From NCBI RefSeq assembly GCF_006345805.1, contig NC_043025.1, forward strand, positions 2,170,001-2,234,000: DNA of 64,000 bases. Direction: 5' to 3'. The translations under genes and the position numbers were made by a program. This document shows positions 11,275-25,270 of this stretch, in pieces (the first letter of the stretch is position 1; each line of letters begins with the position of its first letter). The stretch comes from Octopus sinensis (Eukaryota). Below the pieces are notes generated by a model, which was given only the letters and a program-made list of their open reading frames with translations, did not search any database and was not told the DNA's origin.

Positions 11275-14200
11275 CTACAGGATCATGCTCAAAATGGTTT
11301 CGTTACTAGCACGCACCATCTTTGCAACATTCACCCATCTTTTTTTGAATCTTTCGCGAGACAAAACTTCCCTCTCCATTCTCACCTTCCTTTTCAAGTG
11401 GTACTTGAAAATTTGATGAGCGATTGGCCAGAGAGGTAAGTGTTTGTCTCTAATCCTTTCGCTTGAGTCCACCACACACATTCTTTCACCATGGCCACCA
11501 GTACGATGAAAACTGCCTTGCCTTCCCGTTGAGGGAAGGGGGCGGAGCAATCCTCACGATAGACTCGGCCGATAGGCGGATTCGTCCCACACGTGACAGC
11601 AGCCGTTCGGCATAAGCCCACAGGTCGGAAATGGTTGGACATTGCACGAGTGCGTGCAGAACGGTTTCGTCGCTCTGACCGCATCTCGGGCAAGTCGGTC
11701 CAGTGTGTCTGGAACCGTGTCTGTAGAGCTTATCCCGAACAGGTAATGCTTCTCGATAGCACTGCCAGGCCAGGGATCTTTGGTGGTTGTTCATAGGTCC
11801 CGGCCCGATAGTTGTCCTGAACAGGCGGGTCAGGTGTTCCTCGTCGACGCCCAGACTCTGCCCGAGTTCGTCGTCGCACCTCCCCTCCACTAATCCTCTA
11901 TAGAATGCCTTTGTTGTGATGGAGTCGCACAAGTTCGATCTCGGACGGCAGAGTTGCTTGAGAGCAATGCGACACTCACAGTGCCATTCGCCTAGCCTCG
12001 GTCTCTGCTTGATCCATGACTGTAGTTCGTCCAAGGAGACGAGCTGCGGGAAAGCGCGCGCACAAAAGGCGACCACACCTGTTCACCGTTGTCTATGAAG
12101 CGCCGGAGATGTCGCAGTCTCAGTGCATGTCTGCGCATCATCAACCACGGCATGCCCAGCCCTCCATTTAGCGGGTGTTGGCAGCAAATGGATCGCCTAA
12201 CCATCGGAACGTTTCCCTTCCACAAGAAGCGGAAGAGTATACGTTCCAGTTTGGTGATGGTAGGGTCGGGACAAGGCACGACGGTCAGACGATACTCGAT
12301 GACGGATGCGATGTACGCGTTCGCCACCTCCACCCGACCTTTTAGGGATAGCTTTCTCTCAGCCCATTTCTGGGTGAGAGTAGCCACCCTAGTCGTTATC
12401 TCGCCCCAGTTCTTCTCCATTTGGAGGTCCGGACCGAACCAGACCCCGAGCAATTTAACCGGTCCGTCCGTCCAGCGTCCCACGATGGAGACGCTGTTGG
12501 ACGGCATGGGCTTGCTTCTCCAGGTGCCGAGCCGCAAGCCCACTGACTTTTCCCGGTTAATTTTTGCTCCCGTTACCGCTTCGTATTCTTTTAGTGTCTC
12601 GCCGACCAGCTCGCTGTGCTCGTAGCTCGACACTATGACGGTGACGTCATCCGCGTATGCAGACACGCTCCTCCCGCATCCCAGCTCTCGTGGCTCAAGA
12701 GTCAGTACATACAGCAGCGATGAGAGGGGGCATCCCTGACGAACCGAACGCATGATGTTAAAAGGTCTGGATAGATGACCATTTAGGCGAACTACTGAGC
12801 GGATGCCGCTGTATAAGGCAGCGATCCAACAGCGGAAAACTGGACCGAAACCAGCCGCTTTAAGGACAGCCTCCAAGTAGTGATGGTCTACCCTATCGAA
12901 GGTTTTTGATTGATCCAAATTGATCAGCGCCCCACCCATGCCAGGATTTTTAACTACCCTGTCTATGATGTAGCGCATCAGATGGAGGTTGTCATGAATA
13001 TTTCTACCCGGCACGGCGCATGTTTACGCCTTGTCGATTAGTTTCTTGATGACAAGCGCCAAAATTTTCAAATCTGCGTTGAGCAGAGTGATGGGCCTGA
13101 AATTATCTATGACGTCCCCCTTGTTTGGGTCTTTCTTGATAAGTGCCACTGCTTCTCGCTTTACAAAAGCAGGAATACTCCCGTTCTGCTGCCAGTTGCA
13201 GTAGACAGCTGCCAAGACGCCTCCAAACAAGTCTGGCATATGAAAATAAAGTTCGTAAGGCAGACCATCCAAGCCTGGTGACTTGTCTCTCGCGCAGCCT
13301 ACCATCGCATCCTGTACGTCCGCAGCTGTGATAGGCTTTTCACAAGACTCCACCTCTCTTGCTGAGAGTCGTGGCAAGGCATGCAGGTAGGCACTAAAGT
13401 CCACTCTGCGTTCTGACTCACCACTTGTCCCAAACAGTTGGGTGAAGTGTTGTTGAAATCCCCACACATCCTTTTAGGATCGAGCAATTCGCGCCCCTGT
13501 TCATCTATAAGAGACTTGATGGTGGCTCTGTTGCCTCGTTGCGTCTCCACCACTCGGGCCTCTTGGGCGGCTCCAACTCCTTCGTTCCTCAGAGCACGCA
13601 TCCTAGCTCTGACAACGCATCCTTCGTGTTTGGCGTTGAGGTGTTGGTCGAGGGCCAATCTCGCCGCCAGCACGTTGGACGCGATGCCAGTTCTAAGTGC
13701 CTCTTCTAAAACCTTAACTAATTCTCCCTCTATTCTATTTCGGTCTAATGCTAGGGCTCTACTGTATCTGACTGATTCTGCTTTAATTGCTTTTTTTAGG
13801 GCATACCACCATCTGTTGTTGATGATGGTACCCGTCAAGCTCTCTTAACTAATGTGCTGATCCGGTCCCTGTAAACCTGTCGTGCTGTAAAAAACGCGTT
13901 CAGTTTCCAGTAACCAGGACCCTGCCTATGTGTCTTATCTAAGTCAAGTGTACAAGTCACAACTTGTGATCTGTGTAACTGACTATATGAAATTGTGGAC
14001 AACCTACACTATTTTTATCTATTGTCCTACAGAATACTCTATCTAAGTATGATCTGGACGACCCGATGCGGTTACTCCATGTCCACATTGGCACATTCGG
14101 GTGGTCCAGTCGGTACCTGTCAGACAGTTGGAAACGTCTGAGCAGGTCTTTGAGGCATTTGCATCCCCTTCTATTGCTATCTCTGCCCACGTAGTCTAGA

Positions 14201-14646
14201 TGCGTGTCCAGGGTGGCATTCCAATCCCCCACTAAAAGTAAAGGACGAGACGTTCCCATGAAAGACTCTAGACGTCGAAAGAAATCTGGTCGGCCTGTTA
14301 AGGACGAAGCATAAACTGCTATCAGTCGAAAAGCACACTCATTGCTGCCATCGACATCCAAAACGACCAACCTACCCTCCGGGTCTAGGAAATTTGCTCT
14401 TACTTTGAGATCCAGACTCTTTCGGATAAGCACCGCGGTGCCACCCCCCGCCCATTCTCGGTAGACACGGAGAAAAATAAATGTTGAATGTGTACCGAAA
14501 ATGTGCTGGAGTGCCCGCAAGCTGTGGAGTCTGGTCTCACTGATGGCTATGATATTCAGATTTAGTGACTTGATGTCATTTAACAGGTAGCCTTGTTTCC
14601 AAGGCGACCCCAAGCCACGTACATTTATACTACCTATTCTGAGCAT
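11275..14646 (-). pseudogene. LINE ORF2 (APE endonuclease-RT-zinc finger), frameshifted
   Basis: MLRIGSINVRGL..ISET..GDWN..YLDR..TDHK (APE); KSPGLDGLP, FRPITLLN, LDQSKTFDRV, VRQGCPLS, YADD (RT); CPRCGQSDETVLHALVQC; split over six ORF fragments. Confidence 0.92.
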
Positions 14647-14699
14647 GTTCTGATAAAAGTGCAAAAAAGGAAAGAGAGAGAGAAAAGGTTACTTGTTTT

Positions 14700-16770
14700 T
14701 CGAAAGTTCTTTGTCTTTCACCTCACGGTCTTCTTCTATGAGGCTTTTGTACAGTTTTTTCGATGAGTACTTTTGAAATCTCCCTACTGCATCAGGGTAA
14801 AGAGATTTCAGGGTGCTGTATGTGTTCTGTGTCACGTGTATTATTTTAATGTGTTGTGGTGGTGTTGTGTGTGGGTGGTTACTTGTTTTTATGTCGTTTT
14901 CAGTAATGTTAGTGTTTGACCTAATGTTCCATTAGGTCGTGGTTGTTTGTGTTTATGGCTGTCAACATTGTTGGGGGGTTTGATGATGGTGTGTTTGTGT
15001 TGATGTGTGTGTTTTCTGTGGATGTTTTTGTTTCGGGAGTGGTGTATCTTCCCGCTTGTTTGTTATTTTTTCTTTTCTTTTTTTCCCCTTTGTCTTCTCC
15101 CCCCTGTGGCTATTTGCCAATCTTCCGTGTCTTCTTCGTCTAATGACAAATCAGACGAATCGGAGCCTTGAAGAGGGAAAATATTGGGGTCTATTGTCGA
15201 CTGTGTTGATTTTGTTGTTGGTGTTGGTTGGTGAGCGTTTGGTTGTGGTGTATGCGGTTTTGGAGGTGGGGTTTGGATATTTTGTGTTTGAGTGATTGTA
15301 GGTATTGTTGTGTTGTTTGGGGTCTCAATTTTGTGGGGATTTGGAGTTTTTCTTCATTTTTGCTGGGTGTCTTTTTGGCAGATGTCCTTGGTTTGGGAGT
15401 TGGTATATTCTTGGTTGTTGTTGTTGGTGATGCTGCTTCTGTTCTTGGTGCTGCAGTTGGTGTGGTTGTTTGTTTGGTGAGGTTTGTTCCTGCAAAAAGT
15501 GGTGTGGGTAGTAAACCTTGTTTATTTGTTTTTGTTTCCGGCTGCTGTTGTTGTTGCTGTTGTTTTCTTGCGGCAGATTTGCAGTCTTTTTTTAGGTGTT
15601 GCTCACTGCCGCACATGTAGCAACGTGGTCTTCTGCCATCGACGACCACATATAACTTGTGGTCGTCTGATACACATATCTGGGTGGGTATTTTTTTAAT
15701 ATCTTCATGATGTATATGTAGAAGAAATTTACTTTTTTCCCACCCAGTTTTTATGCTCTGTGACCATGGTTTCCAAAATAGTAAAATTCGTCATTTTTAC
15801 GCATAAGGCCTTTACAAGCCATAGATTATTGGCTATTTTGGGGACATTGTTTAAAGTGATCTTAGTCACTTTCTGTCCCCGATAGCTTGGTGTAAGTTGG
15901 AGTTCATCTGAGTGAAGAGTTAGCGTTGAGAAACGTCTAGCTAACTCTTCGGTGTAGAAAACAACTTGTATGTGGGCTAATTTGTTCCACCAGGTTACAT
16001 ATTCTTTGTGATTCCAGATGGGTTTCAAGCACTTCTCTATTTTGCTTGTGTTAGCCTTCTCTGGGCTTTTTGTTTTTTGTTAACTATTTTATAAATGATT
16101 GTTCGTCTTTTTTCATCTTCCAAAATGTCTTCTGGTATGTTTATCTTCACTATACCATCTGATTCTGTTATTTTAATGTTCGTGTCCTGTATTTGTTGAG
16201 CCGTAAAATATATTGTTGTTTTTTTTTCTTTAATCGCCTCAGCGAAATTTTTTGTTGTTTTGTTATTGTTGTTGCTTGTGGTGATGTTGTTGGCTGCAGT
16301 TTGTAAAATTGGTGTGTTTGGTTCGATTGTGCAAGTAGGAAGGGGTGGAAAATTATTTTCGTAATTTATCCCTGTACTCAAGCAGCTTTTGTCAATTTGT
16401 TTGGTAGCTACAGATTTTTGTTTATTCACTTCAGTTCTTGTTGGAGTGAAACAGGTCTGAACGGAATTGTTGTTGTTGTTATTGTTGTTTTTGTTGTTGG
16501 TGGTGGTGTCAGTGGCAGAAGAGGCAGCCGAGGCAGCAGATGTCGAAATGGTGGCGCAATTTTTATTTTGCTGTCATTGTTATTGTTGTTGCTGTTGGTA
16601 GTTGAGGTAGTGGATGAGGTGGCGGCGGTGGTGGTGGTGGTGGTGAAGGCGGTGGTGGCAACAGTAGAAGTGTCTATGTTGTTCTTGCTAGTGGCGGTGT
16701 TGGTGACAATGCTGTTACTACACGTAGTAGCAGCGTTCAATGCACATTCATTCATAATTTTACGTCGCAC
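14700..16770 (-). pseudogene. LINE ORF1 (gag-like, zinc knuckle), disrupted
   Basis: CYMCGSEQHLKKDC (CX2CX4HX4C) in the 15191-15649 fragment; Thr/Gln-rich low-complexity flanks; several stops and frameshifts; boundaries approximate. Confidence 0.8.
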
Positions 16771-17070
16771 GCAAAATTCTTTTTTTTCTCCTAGCGTTTC
16801 CAGTCTAGGAGAAATCTGGTCGATAGAGGAACGCGATCATTGTTCCACGATAAAATTTCTAGACATTTTCTAATGTCGAGAATAAAATTACAGAAATGAA
16901 ATGGGGTCGAAACTGCCCCTAGGGGCGAATTCCTCCTTATGGAACAGCACTCAAACGAAAGTTGGGTGCCTTACACAACTTATTCACAAAAATTTACACA
17001 AAAATTGGGCTATAAATAGTCAAAATAAACAATTACCCTCGGAGTCGAAGAGATTCACGTCCATAGACAG

Positions 17071-17125
<55 letters not shown>

Positions 17126-17130
17126 AGATG

Positions 17131-17340
17131 TGGAGGCGCAATGGCCTAGTGGTTAGGGCAGCGGACTTGCGGTCGAGGATCGCGGTTTCGATTCCCAGAC
17201 CGGGCGTTTGTGTGGTGTTTATTGAGCGAAAAAACACCTAAAACTCCACGACGCTCCGGCAGAGGTGGTGATCCCTTCTGTACTCTTTCACCACTCTAAA
17301 GGCGGTAGCATGGCCGCGTCAAATGACTGAAACAAGTACA
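17131..17340 (+). mobile_element. second tRNA-derived SINE family
   Basis: GGCGCAATGGCCTAGTGGTTAGGGCAGCGGACTTGCGGTCGAGGATCGCGGTTTCGATTCCC is a tRNA-like head with A and B boxes; tail gcatggccgcgtcaaatgactgaaacaagta is shared with the other SINE. Confidence 0.8.
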
Positions 17341-17387
17341 AAAAAAAAAATAGATAGATAGATAGATAGATAGTAGTATATATATAT

Positions 17388-17426
<39 letters not shown>

Positions 17427-17458
17427 TAGATAGATAGATATATAGGTAGGTAATGACA

Positions 17459-17494
<36 letters not shown>

Positions 17495-17529
17495 CATATT
17501 AAATTTTTGATTATATAGATAATCATATT

Positions 17530-19335
17530 GAAGAGTGCGAATTTACCCCATTTACACGCTAGAAATAAATGTCGAATGGCACAAAAAACAACCTCACTTT
17601 TCCATTAGGAAAAAATAAATAAGACCTTTCGATCAATTGTATATCGAACAATTTCAAACTTAGCATTATAAAGAGTCTTATCTTCAGTACAATATGTCAA
17701 GGCATATACACACACAATCATTTATACATAACCATAAGGGCATCCTAGTCCATCGACCATGTACTTGCATTTACACGTATATACTAGTAAAAATCTAATG
17801 TATCTTCTCTTCACAAAGTGCGTTTTTTTTATCAAAATAGCATCGTAGCAAACGTAATTTTATCACTAGACATGGTTGTGATAACGATACTTGAATGAAT
17901 CAACCGTTGCCCCAATGTAAACATTACGGTCCTACTTTTGTGTGTAGGGTACATTTATATACATGATTTGTAATTATACAAAGGTTTATCAACGGGCGGC
18001 TTGATTTTTCTCTGCATGAATATTTATGATATTCAGTTGTATATATGGCAATTCCGACTACATTTTCCGACGTTGTCACCCTGTTAGCTATATCACTATT
18101 ATTGCTACTATCATGATGTTGCCAAATCGGGTGTTTTTCGTTGCGGTTTACATCTCCTTTCTTGGTATTTTGTATATGTCTGCTAGTTCCAGTAGGCGGA
18201 TTATTGGACTGTTGTTTTATTTTACTCTTAATAATGCCCTGCTTATGCTGCTCTAAATTAATAGAATTAACACATGATACCTTCACTGTGTGTCTATTAA
18301 AAATAGCCTGGTATCTGTTTTATTCGGGGAAACATTTGTCTAAAACCTCAAAATATTCCCTAGCGATTTTCGTTGAAACATGTGAACCGTCATTTGCGTT
18401 GTACCAGGAGACATCATGTTTCTACCATTTGTTGTTTGACTTATTTGTTCTGGTGTGTTATACATGGGTGGGGGCCATTCATTATGTCACTATCAGTAGA
18501 ATGATTGTATTGTATGTATCTATGGGGTTTGGTTTGTAGTTTACTGCCTTGTCCAATTCTTCCGGGCCTTTATTCTATTTCTGAATAAGTTCGCTTACTG
18601 TAACTTTGTGTTGGTGTGTAATGTGTATTATTATTATTATTATTATCAGAATAATTGGTAGAGTTACGTATCACTATGTCTTGTATGTATTGAATTTTCT
18701 CCCAGTTTCCATTCCTATCTAATGCAGTATTGCAAAATGGTGCATGTAATTCGAAAAGTTTTTTATCGGCAGATAACTTAGATATTCGTATTGAAATACT
18801 CTAAGCTAATACCCGTATAATTAAGGGTGGATGATTAGATGCAACATTTATATACTTGATATTGATATTATCATTTGGTTTTATGAAAGGGTTCAAATAA
18901 TCCACTATCAAGGCAGAAGGTAGCGTCAAGGAAATGCACTCTACGGTAATCACTTTTAATAGTAATGCCAAGTCCTAATTACTTAAAGAGTCTAAATATC
19001 ATTTCCAATGCATTTCTAGTCGTACTTTATTACTTCTGTTCAGGAGGAGTAGAGAGTCGACCTTATATATACCTCTTGTGATTTCCGAAAAGGAAGACTC
19101 AATTAACACAAGGATATATATTGCAACCGAGTCTGTGACTTGTGCAGATGTGGATGATCCCATCGCTGTACCGAAAGCATTCTCCCTATTAGATCTCTGC
19201 CATAATATACCATCAAAATCGACCGCAAGTATTATGCCTATTTCGCGTCGGGATATATCGAAGTGTTTCAAACTAAATATCAGGGATTTATTGTGGTTGA
19301 TCGGGCTAATAGTGGCATAGGAATTCTCCATATTG
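17530..19335 (-). mobile_element. decayed Penelope-like element (3' half of RT plus GIY-YIG region; Naiad-like by motif)
   Basis: minus-strand translations AMGSSTSAQVTDSVAIYIL and RGIYKVDSL (RT motifs B and C), VSTKIAREYFEVLDKCFPE..IFNRHTVKVS, YSCREKSSRPLINLCIITNHVYKC; many stops. Confidence 0.75.
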
Positions 19336-20572
19336 GCATTATATTATTTTCATTGCTTATGAAAACGAATACGACTGGGATATTATATATGTCTGTATCA
19401 AAACCATTTAATGGAAATGTATGTGCATGAGTTCATGTATATGTGAGTGACTGAGTTTATGCAACTAAACAAATTGTTTCTATATGTTTCTTCTTCTTCT
19501 CTTCGACAGATTACTTTTATTCATCCCCGATTTCTTCATTCCCTTTAGCTTATTTATCTCATAGAGTTGATGGAGAAGTGTAAAATATTATAACTTAGAA
19601 TATAGTCACATATTACTTCTCCTTTGTAAACGACACCAGCTTCCAGCACTCGTACTTTGCATCAATTTCCAAGATAATATTTCACAGATGAAATATTTAT
19701 AAATATTCGATGTGTTCCCATGCTCCTTCTCGTGCTTTCTCCCTTTTAAACTAATATTCTCTCACATCATATTTGCATGTGAGACAGTTTGAATGTGTGA
19801 ATGCCTGGTTCTAACTGTATGACTCTATCATATTGTATGGATAAGTGCATGTGTGCATGACAGTGTATGCATATGTGCACAAGAGTCTATGTGCATCTAG
19901 CATTGTGCATCTAGCAGTGTGTATCTCTGTTTTCCTTTTCCAATTTGTTCTCTTCCAAATTCCGTTCTCAAACTTCCAATTGTTCGTTCTGATCTATTTA
20001 AGTACCTTCTCTGTTTTTACCTTCTAACCTTCTATACAATCTTCTTTTTTAGCATTTCTTCTTCTTCTTCTCTTCTTCTTCTTCTTTCTTCTTCTTCTTC
20101 TTCTTCTTCTTCTTCTCATTATTATTATTATTATTATTATTCAGTAGTTTTATTTTTATAGCGTGCTTTCACTTCACTACCGAGCGCAGCTCTGTGTGCC
20201 TTGGGTATGTGCTGTGATTTGTTGTGCTGTGATTTATTATTATTATTATTTTTTTTTTGTTGTTTCTCTCCCCTTCTTCTATTACTACTACTACTACTAC
20301 TCCACTTTTCTTTCTCCCCTTCCACTTCTTCCACCCATTCCTCTTCTTTCTACTTCCTGTTCTTGTTCTTTCTCTCCTTCATCATCTCCTGCTCCTGCTA
20401 CTACTACTACTGCTACTACTACTACTACTACTACTACTACCACTTAATAGTAGTAGTAGTTCTTTATATCATTGTTCGTAAATGTCATTGTATTGTTATT
20501 TGTCCCTTTTCTCCGTTGTTATCATTCATCTCTTCCATAATGTAAATCGTTCGACTCAATATTAACAATCTA

Positions 20573-21489
20573 TTGCATCATACCATAAAAAAATCAGTAT
20601 TTTTTAATTTTATGAAATAAAATTTGAGGGGGGGGCAGGATAAACCACCTGCATCAACTTCCTATAAAGCATGCAGTAATTTTACCCTGTCCTTATTCTT
20701 AGTGCAAGTTTTGAAGAGTGCAGTTCAATTGTAACAGTTATTTTTTCGATGTTAGAATAGAATTGACAAAGGAGCATATTCGGCTTATTTTTCTTTATGA
20801 GTTCAATAAAGGCAACAACACAACGGAATAGCGTGAAGAATATTAATGCAGTGTATGGGAATCGGACAATAAACGCAAGCGTTCACGAAAGTGAGTAGGG
20901 AAAGAAGAAACCCCTGCATCCCAGACTTAAGAACGTTTTCAACCACGTATGGTCTTGTTATCTGTTTGGTGGGATATGAAAAATATACTCCACTTGAGAT
21001 TTTTAAAACCAGACCAAACGATAACTAAGATCTACTCTAAGTAGATTTAGCGGCTTAATTCAGCGCTTGAAGAAAACGCCCATCTTTGGTTTCAAGACGG
21101 ATGTTGTTCGTCCATCAGGATAATGATCAGCCACATACAGCAAGAATGACGATTCAATGGCTCGAGCATTTTGAATGGGAAACGATGCTCCAACTACCAT
21201 ATTCGCCAGATATTGCCCCGTCTGATTATGATTCCTTCTGCAATCTTCAAAATCATTTGGACAGAAACAATATGAATTCTGTATAAGAGGTGAGAACAGT
21301 ACTGGAGGAGTATTTTTCGTCACGGACAAGTGACTTTTGGTAAAGGGGCCTTGTACGTCTACCAGATAGATGGAAGAGCATTGTAGAAAAGGAAGGCGAG
21401 TATATTTTACATTAAAAATTAACTTTGTTCATCTTAATTTTGAGAAATAAAAGTATAAAGACAAACGCGTTATTTATGGCATGACCCAA
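20573..21489 (+). mobile_element. internally deleted mariner (Tc1/mariner) transposon with TA target duplication
   Basis: TA|ttgcatcataccataaaaaa ... ttatttatggcatgacccaa|TA imperfect TIRs; HQDNDQPHTA and LPYSPDIAPSDY transposase motifs; empty TA site in the paralogous intron at 42035-42036. Confidence 0.88.
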
Positions 21490-22314
21490 TATAATATTTT
21501 TCTGAAATAGAATTTCTTACCAGAACACTTTCATGCCACAGACATCTTCATCATTATGGTATCAGCAATATCGCCCTAGTGTAATTCTAAATACTGATTG
21601 TCTTCACATCATGCTTTTCTTCACACTTTAGTCTTCTCTAATTTATATTGTCTCGCGCAATTTTTGTGTGAGTGTATTTGAGAGTGTTTTAATGTATATG
21701 TGAGAATGTATGCGTATCAAGGCGTGTCGGTGTATCTACATCAGCGATTGATACTCTGCACGAATTGCATGTGTTTATGTGCATATAAGGGTATATCGGA
21801 CTGTACTATTTTTAATCGTAGATATTACCTCCTCCTTCGTTCTGATTTTCGTTGTTATTTTCCTCATCGTCTTTCCTCTTTGCGTTTCATACCTGCCTCT
21901 ATCGACTTCTTCACCATTTCCTTCTACATTGGTCATGTTCATCATCTGATTCTTCTCTTTTTAGAGTTTTCAACTGTTTCTTGTTTCGATTTCTCCCGAG
22001 TCCTTTTCCATTCATGGCATTCTACATGCGCTCCTTTGGTTCTATACAATCTCTGAAATATTTTCTTTCACCAACTCTATTAGTCCGTACAATTTTTCAT
22101 TGTGTATCAGCACTTTATTCCACCTTCTCCCCCTCCTTCCCTCCTCCTACTTCTCGTCTTACCCTTTTCTCCATCTACAAACCCTTCTCCTCCTCATTAT
22201 CAGGACGCTCTTTTTGATAACCCTGTTTTTCATCTGATTTTAAGACTCGAAATTTTATGTTTTATCAGAAAACTTTTCTGTACTACTTCCTTGATAATCC
22301 GTTTTATTTAACAG

Positions 22315-22386
22315 AAATTTGGAGTTTAATAAGATTGAGAAAATCGAACGTGGAGTCTTCCAAAATCTTACCAATTTACAGAAATT
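22315..22386 (+). CDS. LRR exon E1: NLEFNKIEKIERGVFQNLTNLQK(L)
   Basis: aacAG|AAATTTGGAG...GAAATT|GTaagt; 72 nt, open frame. Confidence 0.92.
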
Positions 22387-22861
22387 GTAAGTTCAATCTT
22401 TGTTGATAATAATAACGTAATATCTCTCCCTGCTTTTCTAATTTATATTGTATCATTGTATTTCTGTTTATCAGTGTATGGCGATATGTACGAGTGTATG
22501 TGTTTTTCTGAGAGTGAACTGTTTATAAATCATCCTGCCACACTAATGAAATACATTACTCACAGTTACACACAGTTCACACAGATAAAGACAAAGTGTG
22601 AGGGACATACTTTCATCGAGATTTAATTGCGATTACACATTTTATTAATATTTATGGATTTTCAGATTTCAAAAAGGAATTCGTTTTTTTTCGAGGAATA
22701 ACAACTTCAGAAGCTTTCTGGGTTAAACACGCATACACAGTCCCATACACTGGCATTTAGAGACGCGCACACACACGCACGCACACACACGCACACACGC
22801 ACACACACACACACGCACGCGCACACACACACGCACACACACACATAACTATCTATCTATC

Positions 22862-22893
<32 letters not shown>

Positions 22894-22895
<2 letters not shown>

Positions 22896-23058
22896 CGCAG
22901 GAGTGGCTGTGTGGTAAGTAGCTTGCTAACCAACCACATGGTTCCGGGTTCAGTCCCACTGCGTGGCATCTTGGGCAAGTGTCTTCTGCTATAGCCCCGG
23001 GCCGACCAATGCCTTGTGAGTTGATTTGGTAGACGGAAACTGAAAGAAGCCTGTCGTA

Positions 23059-23099
<41 letters not shown>

Positions 23100-23271
23100 A
23101 TGTATGTGTGTGTGTTTACGTCCCCGTCACTTAGCGGTTCGGCAAAAGAATAAGTACTGGGCTTACAAAAAAGAATAAGTCCCGAGTCGATTTGCTCGAC
23201 TAAGGCGGTGCTCCAGCATGGCCGCAGTCAAATGACTGAAACAAGTAAAAGAGTAAAAGAGTAAAAGAGTA
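22894..23271 (+). mobile_element. tRNA-derived SINE, same family as 3871-4264
   Basis: GGCGCAGGAGTGGCTGTGTGGTAAGTAGC head; (AGTAAAAG)n tail; within (TA)n. Confidence 0.85.
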
Positions 23272-23330
23272 TATATATATATATATATTATATATATATA
23301 TATATATAATATATACAGGCGCTGGTGTTA

Positions 23331-23373
<43 letters not shown>

Positions 23374-24789
23374 CGCAAACCACATACTCCTAAACCACAT
23401 ACTCCTAACTCAGTGTTACCCTGTGAAATACGCGTGACTTTTCCTTTTACCTCGGGTCAACCAATTCCTTTAGAGGGGATTTTGTAGACGGAAACTGAAA
23501 CAAGTCTGTCGTATGATGCATGTATATGTATATATGAGTGCCTTTGCCTTTCTTTTTGTCTCCAGTCACCTCTTAACAAATGGCACTGCTGTCTTTCCCA
23601 CGTGCTCACTCATCAGTACCCTATGGCTGCGACGATAAGTAGAAGCAATTTTAGTGTTGTGCTTTAAAGAAATGTCGTTTAATTCTTTTTCTCTTATTTC
23701 TCTGTGTATAAAATTCATCGGATGCTGTGCCAGTTCAGATGTAGATCGTGTGACTGGACTATTCCATTGGGTCATGGTTTACTCACTTTTCTATGTTTTC
23801 ACATACTTTTTTACTTGTTTATATTCTTTGCCAACATTTTCTATTTCTTTTTCTTCTCTCCTTCCATAATTTTCTTTTCTTCATTTCTGACTTTCATTTC
23901 ATTTCCTCTCTTTTTAAAATCATCATCATCATCACCCCATCATCATCACCATCATCATCTCCACCATCATCATCACAATCACCATTTTCATCCTAATTTA
24001 TACCATATTTAGTCATTATCTTCATCAGCATTAACCTACCATTCATATCCTAAGCTAAAACATCATCATCATCATTGTTTCTTCTTTTTCTTGTATTTCT
24101 CCTCCTCCTCCTCCTCCTACGTCCGTTTTATTTTTTCTCTTCATCCACTTCTTCTTCTCTCTCATTTTTCTTCTTAATTTCTTCTATTTAATCATTCTTG
24201 CTCTTGTTCTTCTCGCATTCTTCTTCTTCTTCATCATATTCTTCACCTTAATTTTACTCTTCGTTGACTGCTTCCTCCTTTTTACCTCTTTCATATTTCT
24301 CTTCTTCATCTTCTTGTCTAGTTCTTCTTCTTGTTCTCGTACTTGTTCTTTTTCTGATTGTTCATTTTCTGCTTCTTCTTTTCTCCCCTTCCTCCTCCTC
24401 CTCACCATTCTTCTTCTTATTATTATTATCATCATCATCATCATCTATTTTCTATTGCATCTTTTCTGTAACTCTTATTCTTCTTTTTCCGCTTTTCTAT
24501 TTCGTATTCCTTTCGTTCATGTTCCTCCATTTTTATTTTCATTTCATTTCTTTTCTATTCACGCCATTCCTAATTTTCTACATTTCTTCTTATTGTCCAT
24601 CTTACTCATCTTACTCTTCTTCTTCTTCTTCATCTTGTTCTTTTTCTTCTTCATATTCTTTTCTTTTCGCTTCTTCTTTATTTGTTACTAAACTTATTTT
24701 CTTCTTGTATGTTTCTATCTTTTCTTCATCACCTTCTTGTTCTTCTCCTTTTTCAACATCTAGTTTATTTCTTCACGTTATTTCTTCTT

Positions 24790-24820
<31 letters not shown>

Positions 24821-24975
24821 TTCTTCTTCTTCTTCTTCTTCTTCTTCTTCTTCTTCTTCTTCTTCTTCTTCTTCTTCTTTATCATAATCTGTCTTGTCAT
24901 CGTTTGTTCCATTTCAGACACATTATTCAATATGTTGTCACACACATTCTCCATAATTGTTATTTATTGCTACAG

Positions 24976-25047
24976 ATATTTAGACGGAAATAATATTTTG
25001 AGTATTGAAGATGGAAGCTTTCAAGGTCTTAATGATTTACAGAAATT
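24976..25047 (+). CDS. LRR exon A2: YLDGNNILSIEDGSFQGLNDLQK(L)
   Basis: tacAG|ATATTTAGAC...GAAATT|GTaagt; 72 nt, open frame. Confidence 0.92.
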
Positions 25048-25270
25048 GTAAGTTCGTTCACTTTTGAAAATAATGCATTATGAATGTGAATTTTACATAA
25101 ACTTGCTGTCCTCTCGTTTCTCTTCCCCTCACTCTTTTTAACCCTGTCCCTCCTATTCAATTCCCATATTGACATAATATCTGTTTGACTGATTCTGAAG
25201 CCAAGAACGACTGGGATATTATACATGTCTGCATCAAAACTTATTAATGGAAATGCATCTGTGAATGTTC

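Noticed and set aside
17131-17215. tRNA gene
   Set aside because: The tRNA-like head lacks a proper acceptor stem and continues into a SINE body and shared SINE tail.
17610-17700. CTGAAGA...GAAA on the minus strand as a hammerhead
   Set aside because: No convincing stems; it reads better as the coding C-T-E-D-K end of the Penelope-like endonuclease region.
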